Assembly (NCBI GenBank): GCA_041739995.1
Contig: JBGSMV010000052.1
Coordinates: forward strand, 1-51,411
Direction of reading: 5' to 3'
Length of the DNA stretch: 51,411 nt
DNA from: Bdellovibrionota bacterium
GTDB lineage: Bacteria > Bdellovibrionota_C > UBA2361 > JBGSMV01
Below, piece after piece: positions 46,799-51,411 of the stretch. Under the pieces are notes generated by a model. It did not search any database, was not told the origin of the DNA, and saw only the letters and a program-made list of their open reading frames with translations. How positions within the stretch are numbered: position 1 is the stretch's first letter; each line of letters begins with the position of its first letter. The translations under genes were made by a program, and so were the position numbers.

Positions 46799-48064
46799 AT
46801 GAGTAAGAGCAGCGACAAGAATAAGCACACCCTGGTTTGCTCCTTCTGCAGTAGGAGTCAGGAAGAGGTTCGCAAGTTGATCGCGGGCCCTTCGGTGTAC
46901 ATCTGCGACGAGTGCATCGATCTCTGTAACGACATTATTGCTGAAGAAGTTGAACAAGACGAAGTTCAGTCCACGCAGTCCCGCATTCCGCGACCAAAGG
47001 AAATCAACACATTTCTTGATCAGTTTGTGATTGGCCAGGACTACGCCAAGAAAGTGCTCGCCGTTGCGGTACATAATCACTACAAGAGGCTTGAGAGTCG
47101 TGATGCTTCGGATGCCACTGAAATTGGCAAGTCCAATATTCTGATGATCGGACCCACAGGTAGCGGAAAGACTCTGCTCGCCCAGACGCTTGCCCGAATT
47201 TTAAAGGTGCCTTTCACCATCGCGGATGCCACCACTTTGACGGAAGCAGGGTACGTGGGTGAGGACGTCGAGAATATCATTCTCAATCTCTTGCAGGCCT
47301 CTGACTACGATGTTGACAAGTGCCAGCGCGGCATCGTCTATATCGACGAAATTGATAAAGTTGCGCGTAAGGCAGAGAACCCCTCGATCACCCGAGACGT
47401 TTCCGGCGAAGGCGTACAGCAAGCACTGCTTAAAATGCTTGAAGGTACTGTGGCTAGTGTTCCACCAAAAGGTGGCCGTAAGCATCCTCAACAAGAGTTC
47501 GTCCAAGTCGATACCACTAATATTCTTTTCATTGTTGGTGGCGCTTTCGTTGGTCTTGAAGACATCATCCGTCGTCGAGTGGGAGAAAAGCGAATCGGAT
47601 TTGGTCGAGAGAAAGAGGGCCAGAAGAAAAAATCTCCTGAGAGCGACCGAGCAGCCTTGCTCTCAAAGGTAGAAACCGAGGACTTGCTAAAATTCGGTAT
47701 GATCCCAGAATTTATCGGACGTTTGCCAAAGATTGCCACCCTCGATGATTTAGACGAGGCAGCGTTGAAGCGTATTTTGGTTGAACCGAAAAATGCTTTG
47801 ATCAAGCAATACAAAAAGCTTTTCGACATGGAAGGCGTTCAACTGCGCTTTACCGATGAGGCAATTACAGCTGTGGCGACCCTTGCGCTCGAGCGCAAAT
47901 CAGGCGCACGTGGCCTTAGGGCGATTCTAGAAAGTGTCATGCTCGATATTATGTACGACGTTCCCTCAGACCCTGGCATCAAAGAGGTCGTTGTTTCGGA
48001 CGATAACGTCCTTAAGGGAACCCGGCCCGTGGTCGTGTATGAGACCAAAGCTGAATCCGCCTAG
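46799..48064 (+). CDS. clpX: ATP-dependent Clp protease ATP-binding subunit ClpX
   Basis: CSFC...CDEC zinc domain, [21 protein letters not shown] loop, GARGLR. Confidence 0.97.
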   Translation: MSKSSDKNKHTLVCSFCSRSQEEVRKLIAGPSVYICDECIDLCNDIIAEEVEQDEVQSTQSRIPRPKEINTFLDQFVIGQDYAKKVLAVAVHNHYKRLESRDASDATEIGKSNILMIGPTGSGKTLLAQTLARILKVPFTIADATTLTEAGYVGEDVENIILNLLQASDYDVDKCQRGIVYIDEIDKVARKAENPSITRDVSGEGVQQALLKMLEGTVASVPPKGGRKHPQQEFVQVDTTNILFIVGGAFVGLEDIIRRRVGEKRIGFGREKEGQKKKSPESDRAALLSKVETEDLLKFGMIPEFIGRLPKIATLDDLDEAALKRILVEPKNALIKQYKKLFDMEGVQLRFTDEAITAVATLALERKSGARGLRAILESVMLDIMYDVPSDPGIKEVVVSDDNVLKGTRPVVVYETKAESA

Positions 48065-48461
48065 GCTAAGTCCTCCTACTTCGGGCCTTCACGTCGTCTG
48101 ACGTTTCTAAGACCTTGAAAGCCTCATTGTTAGTGATTAAACCCTACCAAAGGCATTCTTGGCGCTCTAGGAAGCCCATAGCTACGCTGTTTGGTGGTTG
48201 GTGGGCATGGTCGTGGGCACCTGTGGATAACTTTTTTACTGTGGTGCTGTTGTATTGCCGCCACTGTTGTATTTCTACAACGGGCCTAATAGCGGCTTTG
48301 AGGGCTTTCTGTAAGAAATGTGCATCCGCGTCTTTCTTATTGTGATCTTTTGAGTCGTTCTTTAGCATCAAATTATAGAGGCCTGATGTGTATCTTGAGG
48401 GTCCGTATTGAGCCCCTAGGGGTTTTCTAGGCGCTCCTTTGGCTGTCGTTAGTTGCACTAT

Positions 48462-48500
48462 GGTTTAGTGGAACGGTTTAGTGGAACGGTTTAGTGGAAC
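48462..48500. repeat. Perfect 13-bp tandem triplication
   Basis: GGTTTAGTGGAAC x3. Confidence 0.95.
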
Positions 48501-48653
48501 CACGATTTAATAGCACGACGATCATCGGGCTGGAGAGCGGAGACTCTTGGCTCGGAGGAAAGGGAGTTCTTCAAGGTACCGTTAGGCATGTTGTGGCTTG
48601 AAGGTTTATAGCGGCGCTTGTAGTTTTTGAGCGTCAGCAAAAGATGAAAACTT

Positions 48654-51116
48654 ATGAAAGCATCCTTCACAAATCCTGTTCCCCTTTTGGCGCTTCGAGA
48701 GTTGGTGGTCTTCCCCCAGCAGGTAGTGCCACTCTTTGTCGGACGCGAGAAAAGCGTACGCGCGATTGAAGAGTCGCAGAAGGAAGGGAACTACATCATG
48801 CTCGTCGCGCAAAAAGATGCGCGCACCAGTAACCCGAGCGAGAAGGACATCTACGCAGTAGGAACGCTCGGAGAGGTAGTGCAGCTGATTCGTCTTGCAG
48901 ACGGACCGATCAAAGTTCTCGTCGAAGGAAAGGGACGTGCGCGCGTTAAAAAATATGTGCGCGACGATGATTTTATAACCGTCGAAGTCGAGGAGATTCC
49001 TCAGTCAACCGAAGTGACCACAGAGCTAAAGGCGTTGATGCGCTCTGTGAATATGACCTTCGAGAATTACGTCAAGCTCGGGAAGAAGGTAAATCCTGAG
49101 ATGATCATGCAGGTCAATGCCATCGAAGATCCTTCGCGGCTTGCCGATGCCATTGTGGTGCAGCTCAATCTCAAACTTGAAGACAAGCAAGATATCCTCG
49201 AGACCCTTGAGCCTCAGCCGAGACTCGACAAGATACTTGGGCACATGAAGTCAGAGATAGAAATTCTTCAGGTCGAAAAACGCATTCGCAACCGCGTCAA
49301 GAAGCAAATGGAGAAGACTCAAAAGGAGTACTATCTCAACGAGCAGATGCGCGCGATTCAAAAAGAACTCGGCGAGAAGGATGACTTCCGCAACGAGGTG
49401 CAAGAGCTTGACGAGAAGCTGCGCGCTAAGGACATGCCGGACGAAGCTCGAGAGAAGACCGATAAAGAGATAAAGAAGCTCAAGATGATGTCGCCAATGT
49501 CTGCCGAGGCGACAGTGGTGCGCAATTACGTTGATTGGATGTTGGCGTTGCCTTGGAACGAGTGCTCGAGTGACGAGATCGACATTGATAAGGCACGCGA
49601 AGTCTTAGACGAAGATCATTACGGTCTTGAGAAGGTAAAGGAACGAATTCTTGAGTATCTCGCAGTTCAAAAGCTTGTGGGGAAACTCAAAGGACCGATT
49701 CTATGTTTAGTAGGCCCTCCAGGAGTGGGAAAAACTTCGCTTGGGAAGTCGATTGCGAAGTCTACAGACCGTAAGTTTGTGCGAGTTGCCCTTGGTGGTG
49801 TGCGCGACGAGGCAGAAATCAGAGGCCATCGACGTACCTACATTGGTGCGCTCCCCGGAAAGATAGTTCAATCGCTCAAGAAGGCCGGGACCAGCAATCC
49901 TGTGTTCTTGCTTGATGAGGTCGATAAGATGTCGATGGATTTCAGAGGAGATCCGTCTTCGGCGCTGCTTGAAGTGCTCGACCCTGAGCAGAATGACACG
50001 TTCAACGATCATTACTTGGACTGTGACTACGATTTGTCCAAGGTGATGTTTATCACCACGGCTAACTCGTTGCACACCATTCCGCAGCCGCTGCTTGATC
50101 GTATGGAAATTATTCGTCTCTCTGGATACACAGAGATGGAAAAGCTTGCGATCGCGAAGCGCTATCTTTACGAGAAGCAGGTCGCTGAGAACGGACTGGC
50201 GGTCAGCAATATCAACATTGAGGACAGTGCCTACACTGAAGTAATACGTCGCTACACCCGCGAATCGGGGGTACGTAATCTTGAACGTAATATTGCGACT
50301 TTGTGTCGGAAGGCTGCGGTTGAGGTTGTTGAAAAAGGTAAAGAGCATTCGGTTACGATCGAAGGGAGTTCGATTCCTAAGTTTCTTGGTCAGCCAAAGT
50401 TCCGTTTTGGTATTGGAGAGACCGAGCATCAAGTCGGCTTAACCACCGGACTTGCATGGACTGATAAGGGCGGCGAGTTGTTGGTTATAGAAACCACAGT
50501 GCTTCCTGGTAAAGGCCGTTTGCAGATCACCGGAAAGCTTGGTGATGTCATGCAAGAGTCAGCGCGTGCGGCATTGAGCTATGTGCGGTCGCGGGCGAGT
50601 GTTTTGGGTCTCCCACGCCATTTCTACGATCAAGTAGATATCCACGTGCATGTACCTGAAGGGGCTATTCCGAAAGACGGGCCGTCTGCGGGTATCACCA
50701 TGGCGACGTCTATGATCTCTGCGCTTACAGGTATTCCTGTGGATCGCATGGTGGCGATGACGGGTGAAATCACTCTGAGAGGCAACGTCTTGCCGATTGG
50801 TGGTCTTAAGGAGAAGGCGCTCGCAGCGCACCGTGGTGGTTTGAGGAAGGTGATTCTTCCCAAGGAGAATGAGAACGACATCGAGGAGATTCCTGCGATC
50901 ATTCGTAAGGACCTTGAGTTTATTCCTGCTGCGCATGTCGACGAGGTATTATTCGAGGCGCTGCTCTGTAATGGGGCCAAGACCTTTGAGGACCTGCTCG
51001 ACAATAAGCTGGTTCGGGACGAGCTCCTATTTGCCTCCGAGAAGAAGTCTGATGACGAATCGAGGATGGGCGGGAGCAAGGATAAGCCTGAGACCGCTGG
51101 TGTGGTTACCCATTAG
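48654..51116 (+). CDS. lon: Lon protease
   Basis: [31 protein letters not shown] (Ser), GGLKEK (Lys). Confidence 0.97.
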   Translation: MKASFTNPVPLLALRELVVFPQQVVPLFVGREKSVRAIEESQKEGNYIMLVAQKDARTSNPSEKDIYAVGTLGEVVQLIRLADGPIKVLVEGKGRARVKKYVRDDDFITVEVEEIPQSTEVTTELKALMRSVNMTFENYVKLGKKVNPEMIMQVNAIEDPSRLADAIVVQLNLKLEDKQDILETLEPQPRLDKILGHMKSEIEILQVEKRIRNRVKKQMEKTQKEYYLNEQMRAIQKELGEKDDFRNEVQELDEKLRAKDMPDEAREKTDKEIKKLKMMSPMSAEATVVRNYVDWMLALPWNECSSDEIDIDKAREVLDEDHYGLEKVKERILEYLAVQKLVGKLKGPILCLVGPPGVGKTSLGKSIAKSTDRKFVRVALGGVRDEAEIRGHRRTYIGALPGKIVQSLKKAGTSNPVFLLDEVDKMSMDFRGDPSSALLEVLDPEQNDTFNDHYLDCDYDLSKVMFITTANSLHTIPQPLLDRMEIIRLSGYTEMEKLAIAKRYLYEKQVAENGLAVSNINIEDSAYTEVIRRYTRESGVRNLERNIATLCRKAAVEVVEKGKEHSVTIEGSSIPKFLGQPKFRFGIGETEHQVGLTTGLAWTDKGGELLVIETTVLPGKGRLQITGKLGDVMQESARAALSYVRSRASVLGLPRHFYDQVDIHVHVPEGAIPKDGPSAGITMATSMISALTGIPVDRMVAMTGEITLRGNVLPIGGLKEKALAAHRGGLRKVILPKENENDIEEIPAIIRKDLEFIPAAHVDEVLFEALLCNGAKTFEDLLDNKLVRDELLFASEKKSDDESRMGGSKDKPETAGVVTH

Positions 51117-51149
51117 TCTTAGCGGCTCGTAATTCTTCGTCCCTTTGAG

Positions 51150-51177
51150 TTGACCATTTCAATAGGTGCGCTAAGGT
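51150..51177 (+). promoter_or_regulatory. Candidate sigma70 promoter for tRNA-Val
   Basis: TTGACC-N16-TAAGGT followed by a GC-rich discriminator. Confidence 0.4.
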
Positions 51178-51249
51178 AGCGGTCGGTTTTTGGCCATTGG
51201 GTCCTTGTACCCGGTGCCTTATTCCCATTCAGATTTGTAATCAGCATGG

Positions 51250-51322
51250 GGGCGTATAGCTCAGTTGGTAGAGCATCAGCCTTACAAGCTGGGGGTCACA
51301 GGTTCGAGCCCTGTTGCGCCCA
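51250..51322 (+). tRNA. tRNA-Val (TAC)
   Basis: GGGCGTA/TGCGCCC acceptor stem, TAGCTCAGTTGGTAGAGC D arm, TCAGC CT TAC AA GCTGG anticodon arm, GGTTCGAGCC T arm; CCA not encoded. Confidence 0.96.
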
Positions 51323-51411
51323 TGACTGTATTACAGCATTACTTCTATCGAAACTTTGCTCTGCAAAGATTTCGATGACGACCGGGGCAATGCCCCAGGA
51401 CCCCAAGATAC

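Noticed and set aside
48222..48230. DnaA box TGTGGATAA / replication origin
   Set aside because: A single 9-mer is expected by chance at this window size; no box cluster or dnaA gene.
48462..48500. CRISPR array
   Set aside because: 13-bp units with no spacers; no cas genes in the window. The same applies to the other tandem repeats.
49707..50432. Long antisense ORFs (also 22206-23021, 15169-15777, 32578-33156, 19938-20516)
   Set aside because: Shadow frames of well-supported genes, with no motifs of their own.

Overview
Chromosomal window (about 54% GC by eye) from a Gram-negative bacterium. Gene content and protein style suggest a deltaproteobacterial/Bdellovibrionota-like lineage (inference, not verified). 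1-18 kb is metabolic and housekeeping: acyl-CoA dehydrogenase, a two-subunit B12 acyl-CoA mutase with isobutyryl-CoA-mutase-type residues, lipoproteins, miaB, DUF151 nuclease, threonine ammonia-lyase, HMG-CoA-lyase-like enzyme, a Rieske-like lipoprotein that has lost all cluster ligands, a SpoIIE phosphatase and a PduO adenosyltransferase. 18-41 kb is a signalling and secretion region: a coupled active/inactive sigma54-activator pair, a zinc-ribbon response regulator, a degenerate hybrid kinase and a PP2C-FHA-Ser/Thr kinase module. These are followed by a reduced Tad pilus cluster (cpaE, flp, cpaB, tadA, tadB, tadC) that runs directly into a lone injectisome-type SctV export gate and a membrane pseudokinase. 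41-51 kb holds an S9 peptidase, tRNA-Leu, tig-clpP-clpX-lon and tRNA-Val. Best leads: (1) the Tad + orphan SctV + phospho-relay locus, reminiscent of the Myxococcus Kil/T3SS* contact-killing partnership but physically joined; (2) an approximately 235-bp self-complementary intergenic element present twice as circular permutations of each other, part of a family of palindromic repeats with a 9-nt periodic motif; (3) many apparently catalytically dead protein domains. All calls come from reading motifs by eye; no searches were run.
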